A stretch of 64,000 nucleotides of DNA from Candidatus Atribacteria bacterium UBA6251 (lineage in GTDB: Bacteria; Atribacterota; Phoenicimicrobiia; Phoenicimicrobiales; Phoenicimicrobiaceae). Of the stretch, positions 18,195 to 27,000 are shown piece after piece. The number at the start of each line of letters is the position of its first letter. The first letter of the stretch is position 1. The stretch lies in NCBI GenBank assembly GCA_002441285.1, contig DJVR01000007.1, positions 45,118-109,117 on the forward strand. The letters run 5' to 3'. The notes below the pieces were generated by a model. It searched no databases and had not been told where the DNA came from. It saw only the letters and a list, made by a program, of their open reading frames with translations. Position numbers and translations under genes: made by a program.

Positions 18195-18992
18195 ATGTTA
18201 TTAATCAAATCATTAACTAAATATTTTTCTAAGAATACCCCTCATCAGGTATTGGCTTTGCACAATTTTAATTTAAAAGTGAAAAAAGGTGATTTTATTA
18301 CTATTATAGGTAGCAATGGTGCAGGCAAGTCCACTCTTTTAAATTTAATTGCCGGGACCTTGCTGCCAGATTATGGAGAAATAAGATTAGATGGAGAGAT
18401 GATTACCTACCAACCTGAATATAAAAGAGCTTACTGGATTGGAAGGGTCTTTCAAAATCCTCTTTTAGGAACTGCTCCCTATATGAGTATAGAAGAGAAT
18501 TTGGCCCTTTCCTTAAAAAGAGAGAAAAGAGGATTGCGTAAAGGTATTAATCAAGAGATGAGAGAATATTTTCGTCAAAGACTAAGCGAATTAGGTTTAG
18601 GTTTAGAAAAGGATCTTAATAAAAAAGCCGGTTTACTTTCCGGAGGGGAAAGACAGGCAATGACTATGTTAATGGCTACTATGTTTAAACCAAAGGTTTT
18701 ATTGTTAGATGAGCACACTGCAGCTTTAGATCCGGAAAGTAGTAAGAAAATTTTAAAGATAACCGAAGAATTAGTGGAAGAGAGAAAGAATGATTTGATT
18801 ACTCTGATGGTTACTCATAATATGAAGCAAGCGTTGGAAGTGGGGAATAGAACTATAATGATGGATAGGGGGCAAAATATTTTCGATATCCAGGGAGAGG
18901 AAAGAAATAAGATTGATGTAAATTTTCTACTCCAGCAATTTTCTAAATTAAGAAATCAGGAATATATTGAAGATAGATTAGTCCTTGATTAA
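18195..18992 (+). CDS. ABC transporter ATP-binding protein (COG1101 type)
   Basis: Walker A GSNGAGKST, ABC signature LSGGERQ and Walker B LLLDEHTAALD. It starts 4 nt after the permease stop. Confidence 0.9.
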   Translation: MLLIKSLTKYFSKNTPHQVLALHNFNLKVKKGDFITIIGSNGAGKSTLLNLIAGTLLPDYGEIRLDGEMITYQPEYKRAYWIGRVFQNPLLGTAPYMSIEENLALSLKREKRGLRKGINQEMREYFRQRLSELGLGLEKDLNKKAGLLSGGERQAMTMLMATMFKPKVLLLDEHTAALDPESSKKILKITEELVEERKNDLITLMVTHNMKQALEVGNRTIMMDRGQNIFDIQGEERNKIDVNFLLQQFSKLRNQEYIEDRLVLD

Positions 18993-19365
18993 TTATTGCT
19001 TATTAATCACCAGGATTCTAAAAAATAAATTTAAGGATTTAAATTCGGCATTAAAAAATTAGGTAATATAAAGATAGTTTTACATTAGATCAATTTTTTA
19101 GTAGTATAATTATTAAAAATTGTCTTCTCCAAGGATAGGTTTTATAACCAATAATAAAAGTTTTAAAAGAAGAAGATTGAAAAGTTATTATTTTTAAAAA
19201 ATCGCAACTTTATCCTGATCCTTGTGTTTGTAGTGGGTTTATTCTTTCCCGGTTTTGCGTATTATACCAGGTCCTTGGAGTGAACCCCTGCCACTAGACC
19301 CATTTACAGAAAAATAAGACTCGTTGTATAATTAAAATTAGCAAGAAGAAGGAAAAAGGAGTAAA

Positions 19366-19721
19366 GTGGCAATGGGGATTAAAAGAAAGTAGTATTCCCA
19401 AGAACAGAAAGAAGAAATGGTACAAAAGGCCCTAAGTGGTAAAAGTGCCCTGGAATTAGGTAAGGAGTATAACATCTCCCCTGGACTTATCAACCGCTGG
19501 AAGAGACAGTACTTAGGGGAGAACTAAAGGGTAATAATGATAACCCAGAAATAAAAAAGTTATAGATCCAAATAGCTAAGCTTGAGCAGATGATCGGTAA
19601 GCTGACCAGGGAGAACTATATTTTAAAAAAAGAGAGAGAATACCTACTACAGAGGGAAAAAGAGGATTCCTCCATCATTACCGGTCCTTATTTCAATCGA
19701 TTAAAGAAGGATGTAGACTAA
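19366..19721 (+). pseudogene. IS3 orfA (HTH transposase subunit), disrupted
   Basis: GTG at 19366 follows AAGGAG. In-frame TAG at 19390-19392, then a frame change, then a second TAG at 19563-19565 inside the leucine-zipper-like EIKKL*IQIAKLEQMIGKLTRENYILKK segment. Confidence 0.65.
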
Positions 19722-19778
19722 TGGCTATAAAAAGATCTACCTTTAAAAAGAGAGAAGATAAGGATAAATCATAAGCGG

Positions 19779-20426
19779 GTGCTTCGGATGATGCGAGAGA
19801 TGGGTATCCAGGGTAGAATAAAACGCAGATATATCTCTACTACCCCTAGCCAACACAATAATAGAATATATCCCAACTTGCTTAAAGATAGAGTGGTAAC
19901 CGGGATCAATCAAGTCTGGTGTGCCGATATCACCTATATCCGCATACTTAATGGTTTTGTCTACCTGGCCGTCCTCATCGATGTCTATTCCCGAAAGATA
20001 GTAGGTTATGCTTCAGGTAAAACCCTATCTCCTAAACTTACGATTACTGCCTTAAAGATGGCTATCGCTACCAGAAATACTAACAATCTGATTCATCATT
20101 CTGATCAGGGTATCCCGTATAGCTGTAAAGATTACCTAAAAATATTAAAGGATAATGGTATCAGGATAAGGATGTCCGGAAAAGGCAATCCTTACGATAA
20201 TGCCTTTATCGAATCATTCATTAAAACCTTGAAACAGGAGGAGGTGTATCTATGGCAGGACAAAACCTTTGCTGAGGTTATAGCAAGGATTCCCTATTTT
20301 ATCGAAGACGTGTATAAGAAGAGGTTGCATTCCTCTTTAGGCTATCGGCCTCCAGAGGAATACAAGAGGTTATTGGCAGAAAATGCCTCTCAGGAATGCA
20401 TTATGGCTAAGACCATAAGTGTCTAG
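19779..20426 (+). pseudogene. IS3 orfB DDE transposase catalytic core, N-terminally truncated
   Basis: The DDE/rve core is present: WCADITY (D), HHSDQG (D) and YDNAFIESF (E). The usual HTH/linker region upstream of ...NHKRVLRMMREMGI is missing and cannot be joined in frame to orfA. Confidence 0.75.
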
Positions 20427-20469
20427 TCTGAGGGGTTCAGTCCACAATTAGAAAGGAGATTCTTTAGCG

Positions 20470-20764
20470 TAACAAAAAGGGCAATCATAGCTGCTCTTGA
20501 AGATGCTTATAACTGGTATAAAAATCTATTAATTTTGATGTAGTAATTACCGATATAGAGAGGCCCGAAGTAAATGGAATAGAAGTTCTTAAGTTTATTA
20601 AAAAGAATAAGCCAAAAACGAAAGTAATTATGATGAGCACATACGCTGATCAGAAAGTTATTAACGAGGCAATGAAATTAGGGGCAGATGAATATATAGA
20701 GAAGTCTTGTTTTTTGAGAGAAATTACCGGGATATTAAATAAAATTGTCTGGAAGGGAATGTAA
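20470..20764 (+). pseudogene. Response-regulator receiver domain remnant
   Basis: FDVVITDIERPEVNGIEVLKFIKKNKPKTKVIMMSTYADQKVINEAMKLGADEYIEK is a CheY-like receiver from the phospho-acceptor Asp onward. The N-terminal acidic pocket and start codon are missing or frameshifted. It abuts the right end of the IS. Confidence 0.55.
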
Positions 20765-20840
20765 AACTCCGCACACAATTAGAATTAGGAGGTGGTTTTT
20801 AAAGAAGAAAATATTATTTTTGCAAATGATATGAGTGTAA

Positions 20841-20890
20841 GGACACGATGCCTGCCTGTGCGTTTCCGCCCGCAGACAGGCATCGGGTCC
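20841..20890. repeat. GC-rich imperfect palindrome (about 20-bp stem)
   Basis: GGACACGATGCCTGCCTGTGCG-TTTCCGCC-CGCAGACAGGCATCGGGTCC. The outer 14 positions pair with one mismatch and the inner part has a small bulge. Its composition is very unlike the AT-rich surroundings. Confidence 0.45.
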
Positions 20891-20924
20891 ACAGATGTCA
20901 AATAATTAAAAGGAGTTGATAAAA

Positions 20925-22280
20925 TTGAAACTACATATTAAAAATGTATTACCCATTATAGTAACTTTATTACTATTGTTCTTACTAACTGGTTGTCTGT
21001 CGGTAAAGACCTATACCGTAACCTTTGATTCCCAAGGTGGCAGTGCGGTAGATTCACAAACTGTGAACTACGGCGGGCTGGTAACCGAACCAACAGATCC
21101 CACGAAGGAAGGCTCCACCTTTGGCGGTTGGTATAAAGAACCAGAATGTACAAATGCCTGGGACTTTACCACTGATACGGTGATATCCGATGTGACCCTC
21201 TTTGCCAAATGGATGAATACGGTTACCGATATAATCACTTACAAGTTTGAGGCAGACAAAAATGGCGCTCTATCTTCTGATGTCATCGGTATTGTTGAAT
21301 CCGGTGACCATACTGTGGCCTTAACCGTTCCTTACGGGACTAATGTCGACGGACTTGTTGCCACCTTTACCTTATCAGATGGTGCTTCAGCTAAAGTAGG
21401 AACCACCGACCAGGTAAGTGGCACAACTGCCAATAACTTTAGCAGTGCGGTGACCTATATCATAACTGCCCAGGATACGGAAACCACCCAGAACTGGACG
21501 GTGACCGTAACAGTAGCAGCAGCAGCAACATACACGGTGACCTATAATGGCAATGGAAACACGGGTGGAAGTGTCCCGACTGATGGAGGCAACTACGAAG
21601 AGGGAGCAACGGTGACGGTACTTGCAAACACGGGTAGTCTGACCAGAATTAATGACGGGGGGACTTCATATCGCTTTACCGGCTGGAATACCCAAGCCGA
21701 TGGCAATGGTACCGCTCAAGCGGTAGGCTCTACCTTTATTATGGGTGCAGATAATGTGACGCTCTATGCCCAGTGGACACCTTATGCTCTTCGTGATACT
21801 GGTCCTGCTGGCGGTCTGATCTTCTATGACAAAGGTAGTTACTCTGATGGTTGGCGATATCTGGAAGCCGCTCCCAATGATCAGTCTACATCTCAAGCAT
21901 GGAGTAATATAACTAACGTTGCAGTAGGAGGAACTTATGCGGATATAGGAACAGGTCAGGCAAATACTAATGCAATAATAGGACAATCAGGACATATAGA
22001 AAGTGCAGCGCAGTTATGCGATGACCTGACAGTAGGCGACTATAGTGACTGGTTCTTGCCCTCGAGAGATGAATTGAATCTGATATATCAAAACCTGAAA
22101 TTCGCTGCTGGAGTCGGTGGTTTTGCTGATGACTACTATTGGAGTTCGTCTGAGAACAATGCTAACAACGCATGGAACCAGAATTTCAACAATGGCAACC
22201 AGAACAACAACAATAAGAACAACAACAAACGGGTTCGGGCTGTTCGGGGTTTTAAACAAGCCTGTATTTTGCCCGGATAA
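20925..22280 (+). CDS. DGR target-type surface lipoprotein: two InlB-B/Listeria-Bacteroides repeat modules plus a C-terminal DUF1566/Lcl-like (C-type-lectin-fold) domain
   Basis: TTG at 20925 lies 9 nt after AGGAG; the track start at 20916 abuts the RBS. Lipobox LLTGC. Repeat modules YTVTFDSQGG...FGGWY and YTVTYNGNGN...FTGWN. C-terminal DWFLPSRDEL...DDYYWSSSENNANNAWNQNFNNGNQNNNNKNNNKRVRAVRG. GC is about 53% in a hand-counted line (21301-21360). Confidence 0.8.
   Translation: MKLHIKNVLPIIVTLLLLFLLTGCLSVKTYTVTFDSQGGSAVDSQTVNYGGLVTEPTDPTKEGSTFGGWYKEPECTNAWDFTTDTVISDVTLFAKWMNTVTDIITYKFEADKNGALSSDVIGIVESGDHTVALTVPYGTNVDGLVATFTLSDGASAKVGTTDQVSGTTANNFSSAVTYIITAQDTETTQNWTVTVTVAAAATYTVTYNGNGNTGGSVPTDGGNYEEGATVTVLANTGSLTRINDGGTSYRFTGWNTQADGNGTAQAVGSTFIMGADNVTLYAQWTPYALRDTGPAGGLIFYDKGSYSDGWRYLEAAPNDQSTSQAWSNITNVAVGGTYADIGTGQANTNAIIGQSGHIESAAQLCDDLTVGDYSDWFLPSRDELNLIYQNLKFAAGVGGFADDYYWSSSENNANNAWNQNFNNGNQNNNNKNNNKRVRAVRGFKQACILPG
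22133..22255 (+). repeat. DGR variable-region position carrying a template-repeat-like (adenine/AAC-rich) sequence
   Basis: About 18 Asn codons (AAC/AAT) occupy the positions that are diversified in DUF1566-type VRs (22155-22229). They are followed by a GC-rich tract, CGGGTTCGGGCTGTTCGGGG (22230-22249), resembling an IMH-like end. I found no second copy in the window. Confidence 0.55.
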
Positions 22281-22305
22281 ATTATTATTCGGACAAGGTG
22301 TTTTT

Positions 22306-23114
22306 ATGCAGTTAGAACTTTTCCCGTTTTTTAATAAAACTGAATGTTCAATTACTCTTTATGAACTGTTTGAAGCTTATTTTAATTGTCGAAGTAATAA
22401 GCGCAGAACTAATAATGCTTTCGCCTTTGAAGTTGATTATGAAAATAATCTTATTAAATTATATAAAGAGATAAACTCAGGTTTATATAATCCTGGTAAA
22501 TCTATTGCTTTTATAGTAATTAAACCGGTCAAAAGAGAAATATTTGCAGCCAATTTCCGCGACCGCATAGTTCATCATCTGATTATAAACAAGCTCAATC
22601 CGTTATTTGAAAAAGAGTTTATTCACGACAGTTTCGCCTGCAGGGTCGGCAAAGGTACTCATTATGGAATCAGGAGAATTGACCATTTTATTCGTACCTG
22701 CTCACAAAATTATACAGAGGTTTATTATTCGAAAAACTCAACAAATTCATTATAGAAAAATATTATAAACCGGATCAACTCTTGATAATTGATTTATGCC
22801 GTAAAGTTATCTATCATGATCCTGTAAATCATTGTATTATAAAAGGGAACAAATCAGATTGGGATAATCTTCCCCGCGACAAAAGTCTTTTTTATACACC
22901 GGATAATTGCGGACTCCCGATAGGTAATCTTACCAGTCAGGTATTTGCTAATTTTTATATGAATTCATTTGATCACTTTATCAAGCATAATTTGAAAATA
23001 AGATACTATGGCAGGTATGTTGATGACTGTGTTATAGGAAACACAGGGGACGGTTCTCTGTGCGATCCTAATAGGAGGAAGAGCAGGTGCACTCAGAGAA
23101 GCAGAAAAGCGTAA
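22306..23114 (+). pseudogene. DGR-type reverse transcriptase, inactivated by an internal deletion/frameshift and a 3' truncation
   Basis: ATG at 22306 follows AAGGTG. The N-terminus FAANFRDRIVHHLI...FACRVGKGTHYG is DGR-RT-like. The frame breaks at about 22720-22755, where the LKxDIxxFFxSI motif with the first catalytic Asp should be. The second frame carries GLPIGNLTSQVFANFY (the DGR-RT hallmark) and RYVDDCVI (YxDD), after which homology stops and the thumb region is missing. Confidence 0.8.
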
Positions 23115-23268
23115 AGATAAATCACGAAAGGGGTAAGGAAAGCTTTAGAAAGCTAGGAACTCTTTTACTATATCATGGTTATTTGGCATAAAAAAACAGG
23201 GCAAAGCATAAAATCTAAGGTAGAAGAGAAAATTGTATTTATTGAAAAAGAGAAAGGTTTTTATAATT

Positions 23269-23763
23269 ATGTTTAGAGAAATGCGCAGAAAAAAACAGGA
23301 ATTATCTTTTGAAGATAGTATTATTATACTAAAGGAGGCTACTTCAGGTGTTCTGGCTGTTTTAGGGGATGATAATTATCCTTATGCAGTACCACTCAGT
23401 TTTGTATATGATAATGGTAAAATTTATTTTCATTGTGCCCGGGAGGGACATAAACTGGATGCAATTTTACGAAATAATAAGGTAACTTTTTGTATAATTG
23501 CACAAGACCAGGTTATACCAGAAAAATATACTACCTACTTTAGAAGTGTAATTTTATTTGGAAAAGCCCGGATATTAGATAATCCGAAAGAAAAAAGAGA
23601 TGCCCTGGAAAAATTAGCAAAAAAATATTCATCAGATAAGATGAAAAAAATAAAAGAAGAAATAGAAAAACAATTTGAGAGGGTATATATGGTTGAAATT
23701 AATATTGAACATATCACTGGTAAGGAGGCAATCGAACTGGTAAGAGATAAAGAAGAATATTAG
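23269..23763 (+). CDS. Pyridoxamine 5'-phosphate oxidase-fold protein (Nim/5-nitroimidazole-reductase-like family)
   Basis: MRRKKQELSFEDSIIILKEATSGVLAVLGDDNYPYAVPLSFVYDNGKIYFHCAREGHK matches the N-terminal pattern of PNPOx-like/Nim proteins. The ATG at 23269 is preferred over the TTG at 23233. Confidence 0.7.
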   Translation: MFREMRRKKQELSFEDSIIILKEATSGVLAVLGDDNYPYAVPLSFVYDNGKIYFHCAREGHKLDAILRNNKVTFCIIAQDQVIPEKYTTYFRSVILFGKARILDNPKEKRDALEKLAKKYSSDKMKKIKEEIEKQFERVYMVEINIEHITGKEAIELVRDKEEY

Positions 23764-24010
23764 ATCTAAAGATGAGCTAACTAAAAGTAAAAATTTTAAG
23801 GTTAGTTAAAAATAATAAAAAAAATATGCGAAAAAGCTAAATGTTTATGCGCTTAACCCTCCTTTTAAGAAGAAACAAGTCTATGTTATAATACTAAATA
23901 ATACTCTAAGTCTATAAACTAATTAATCACAAATCTAAATCCATTTTTTATTAATCTAAACACATTTCCGATAAATTTTGTTTGATGATAAATTTGAAAA
24001 GGGAGAACAG

Positions 24011-27000
24011 ATGATTAGTTCCCAATTTAATAAAAGATATATTTATTGGTTGGGTGTACCAATTTTCACTATAATAGTGATAGTAGGGGCACTTTATATT
24101 TATATTAATAGCGCATATTTTCGGGAAAATATAAAATCAGTACTCCTTTCTCAACTGGAGAATAGTCTAGGTTTAAAAGTAGAAATTGGTAATATTGAGT
24201 CAATTTCCTTACAATCTTTACAATTAAGCGATATGACTATTTTTGAACATAGCCTTACTAAAAAGGATATTCTATTTCAGGCAGAAAAGATAGAAGCAAG
24301 ATTTAACTTATTTTTTTCTCTTCTGCATTGGAAGGATTGGCAACTGAATATTTATGAAATTACTTTTTCTCGAGCTTCTCTAGAGATAAGCAGAGAAAGA
24401 AATGGAGAGTTCGACCTATTAAATAAGTTAGACTTAAAAATCGGAGAGAAACAGCGGAAGTTTTTTATTGAACGGATCAATTTTAAGGATAGTATGCTGA
24501 CTTTTCACGATAAATCGGTATATTCTGATCATCAAGATGCACTGACTACCCAAGTAAATGAAATCCAGGGATATTTAGATTTATCTCAATTATCGGAAAT
24601 TAATTTTAATTTTCAAGGTAGGCAAGAAAAAGATAATGCTATTTTGGGCTTGCTGGGGAAAGTTTTTACAAATGAATTGGCATATTCCTTATCTTTACAT
24701 TTAGAAAATGCTAATATTTTACATTTTCAATCTTACTTTGAATTCCTTAAGCAATTAAATATTACTCAAGGTAGATTTGATCTTAATCTCTATCTAAAGT
24801 CTCTACCAGAAGAAGGACTATCCGGAATTTTCTGGCAGGGAGAAACTACCCTTCATCATATTTCTGCTCAACCAGAAATCTTAGAAGGAATTAATTTAGA
24901 GGATATTAATGGTTCCATTCAATTTGCCAAACCGGAAATAAAAATTTCTCAATTGAAGGGATTTTATCAAGATAGTTCTGTTTCTCTGCAAGGAGTTTTT
25001 ACTATTGAACCAGAACCTTATTTTGATCTTAATCTAACTGCTGAAAAACTGGATATCTCCAGAGCAATAAAGAGTATATCTGTCCCTGTTGCTTATAATA
25101 GCGCTCTTCCCCTACAAGGAAGAGTTAGTTTAAGTGGAAATATAAAAGGAAAAATAGATGATTTTCAGGTAGAAGCAAAATTTTCTTCTCCAGAAATTAA
25201 GTTAGAAGGTATAGCTTTTCAAAATATAGATTGTTCTATTTTACTTGATGGTAATACTCTACTTATTAATACCTTTAGTCTGCAAGAGGCAGAAGGTGCT
25301 CTAAACATAAAAGGGAAGATTGATTGGTCAGAAGATATTCCTTTTTATCAGTTTTATATAGATACTAAACACCTATCTTTACAGCACCCCTTATTTAATT
25401 ATTTTTCACTTCCAAAAGATATTTCTGGAAATGTAGCTGGCCAATTTAAGGTAGAGAGTGATAGACAGAACAGTTCTGTTGTAAGGGTGGAAGGTCAATT
25501 TATGACTGCAGACCTAAAAATAAAAGAAATTATTTTTCACGATTTATTACAGGGTAAAATTGATTCGGTAATATATTTATCTGACCATGATATTAATATA
25601 ATCTTTAGCGAATTTGACTACCAGAAAGCTCATACTTCTTTAAAGGGTAAGATAAATTATTCTGATCTAATAAATTTTGATTTACAATTTGAGGGTAGAG
25701 CGCCAGAAATAAAGGAAGTGCTTTCTTCTACTTCTTTAAATATCATAGCAATACCTGAGGGCGAGGTAGAAATAAAAGGATTATTAGCTGGTAATTTAAA
25801 AAATCCTGAAATCTCTGCGGAATTTAGCTTAAAAAAATTTATTCTGCAGGATTATTTAGTAGATGAAATAAAAGGAAAGCTAACTTTTCATCAAAACATC
25901 ATTTATCTTAAAGATTGTTGGTTAAAAAATCGAGAAATTTGTTTAAACGGAAAAGGAGATATTACTTTGTCAGAATCAGGTTCGCCTAAAATTGATTTAT
26001 TTTATCAATATGACTCTGTTGACCTTACTTGGGCGGCTAAGAATTTAAAGATTCCTTATCCCTTATCCGGACAGCTATCTGGGAGCGGAAATTTACAAGG
26101 TATGTGGCCAGAATTGACTTTAAAAGGGAATATACAATTAGAACAGATCGTTTACAATAATTACCCATTAGGTAAAGGTCAGCTTGTCTTTAGTCTTAAT
26201 CCCCGACAAATTGAAATGAACAATACTACTGATAACCTGAATGGTAATCGGTTAGGAATGGCTAATTGGGCAGGTAGTCATTCTTATTCACTTAACCTGG
26301 AGAAATTTATTTTAAATAATGAGGTTTTAAATTTATCTGTTTTCGGAGAAATTGATTGGGGAGGAGATTATCAATTTTCCGGGGAAATAAATTTTTCTCA
26401 TCAAAACCTTCCGGAGATGGTGGAATATTTTTATCCTTGTGATAATGAGAAAAATAATTTAAAGATATTTTTACCTTCAAAAATCATTGGAAAAGCCAAT
26501 TTAGAAGGTGACCGATTGGAACAAAAGCTAACCCTATCTACCCTATTTACCCTTCCCCAACAAGAAGCAGAGCTTCCTACTAAACTGGAATCAACTATTA
26601 GAAGAGATAGCCAAGGTTTTACCATTTCAGATTTACATCTTGTTCAGCCAGGGGGAGAATTTGATTTAGAGGGGAACATTAGCCCGGATCAAAAGTTAGA
26701 CCTTAACTTTAAGGCCGAAGAATTAGATCTAAATAAATTATTGAGCCTTACGCAGATCGAGGAAATGATTAAAGGTGTAATGAATATCCAGGGTTCTTGT
26801 AAGGGTACCATTAGCCAACCAGAAATTTCTATTATTACCCAGATTAGAGAGGGCTATTTCCGTGAACTTCAATTTGAAAATTTACAAAGTAATCTTTATT
26901 GGGATAGCCAAAGTAATATTATAGAAGTAAGGGATTTAATCGTTGACTCAAAACAGGGTTATAGCCTTCGGGCAAGAGGGAATCTTCCTTTAGCTGCCTT

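Larger units (their letters stand above)
19276..20446 (+). mobile_element. Degenerate IS3-family insertion sequence with recognisable terminal inverted repeats
   Basis: Left end TGGAGTGAACCCCTGCCACTAGAC (19276-19299) matches the reverse complement of the right end GTCTAGTCTGAGGGGTTCAGTCCACA (20421-20446) and shows TG...CA termini. It has the orfA/orfB layout with an A7G slippery run at 19625-19632. At about 1.17 kb it is shorter than typical IS3 elements, and the N-terminal part of orfB is missing. Confidence 0.8.

Noticed and set aside
22155-22229. Asn-rich tail considered as a prion-like/low-complexity region or a simple AAC microsatellite
   Set aside because: It lies exactly at the variable-region position of a DUF1566-type DGR target and next to a DGR RT. 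The Asn codons are interspersed with conserved scaffold residues (A, W, F, G, K), as in template repeats.
20956-22259. Minus-strand ORFs 20956-21153, 21666-21986 and 22014-22259 inside the DGR target gene
   Set aside because: They are shadow ORFs favoured by the higher GC of this island. They have no motifs or RBS.
22117-22305. 5' extension of the RT ORF (MVLLMTTIGVRLRTMLTTHGTRISTMATRTTTIRTTTNG...) overlapping the target gene
   Set aside because: It is an out-of-frame reading of the AAC-rich repeat. The RT homology and a good RBS (AAGGTG) begin at the ATG at 22306.
15177-23763. Possible amber (TAG) reassignment, prompted by three in-frame TAGs in otherwise alignable genes
   Set aside because: TAG terminates many well-formed genes at their expected ends in this window, for example 23761, 28394, 41883, 43871, 45100 (minus strand), 57802, 61543 and 63637. 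The TAG-containing genes also carry frameshifts or deletions, so they are pseudogenes.
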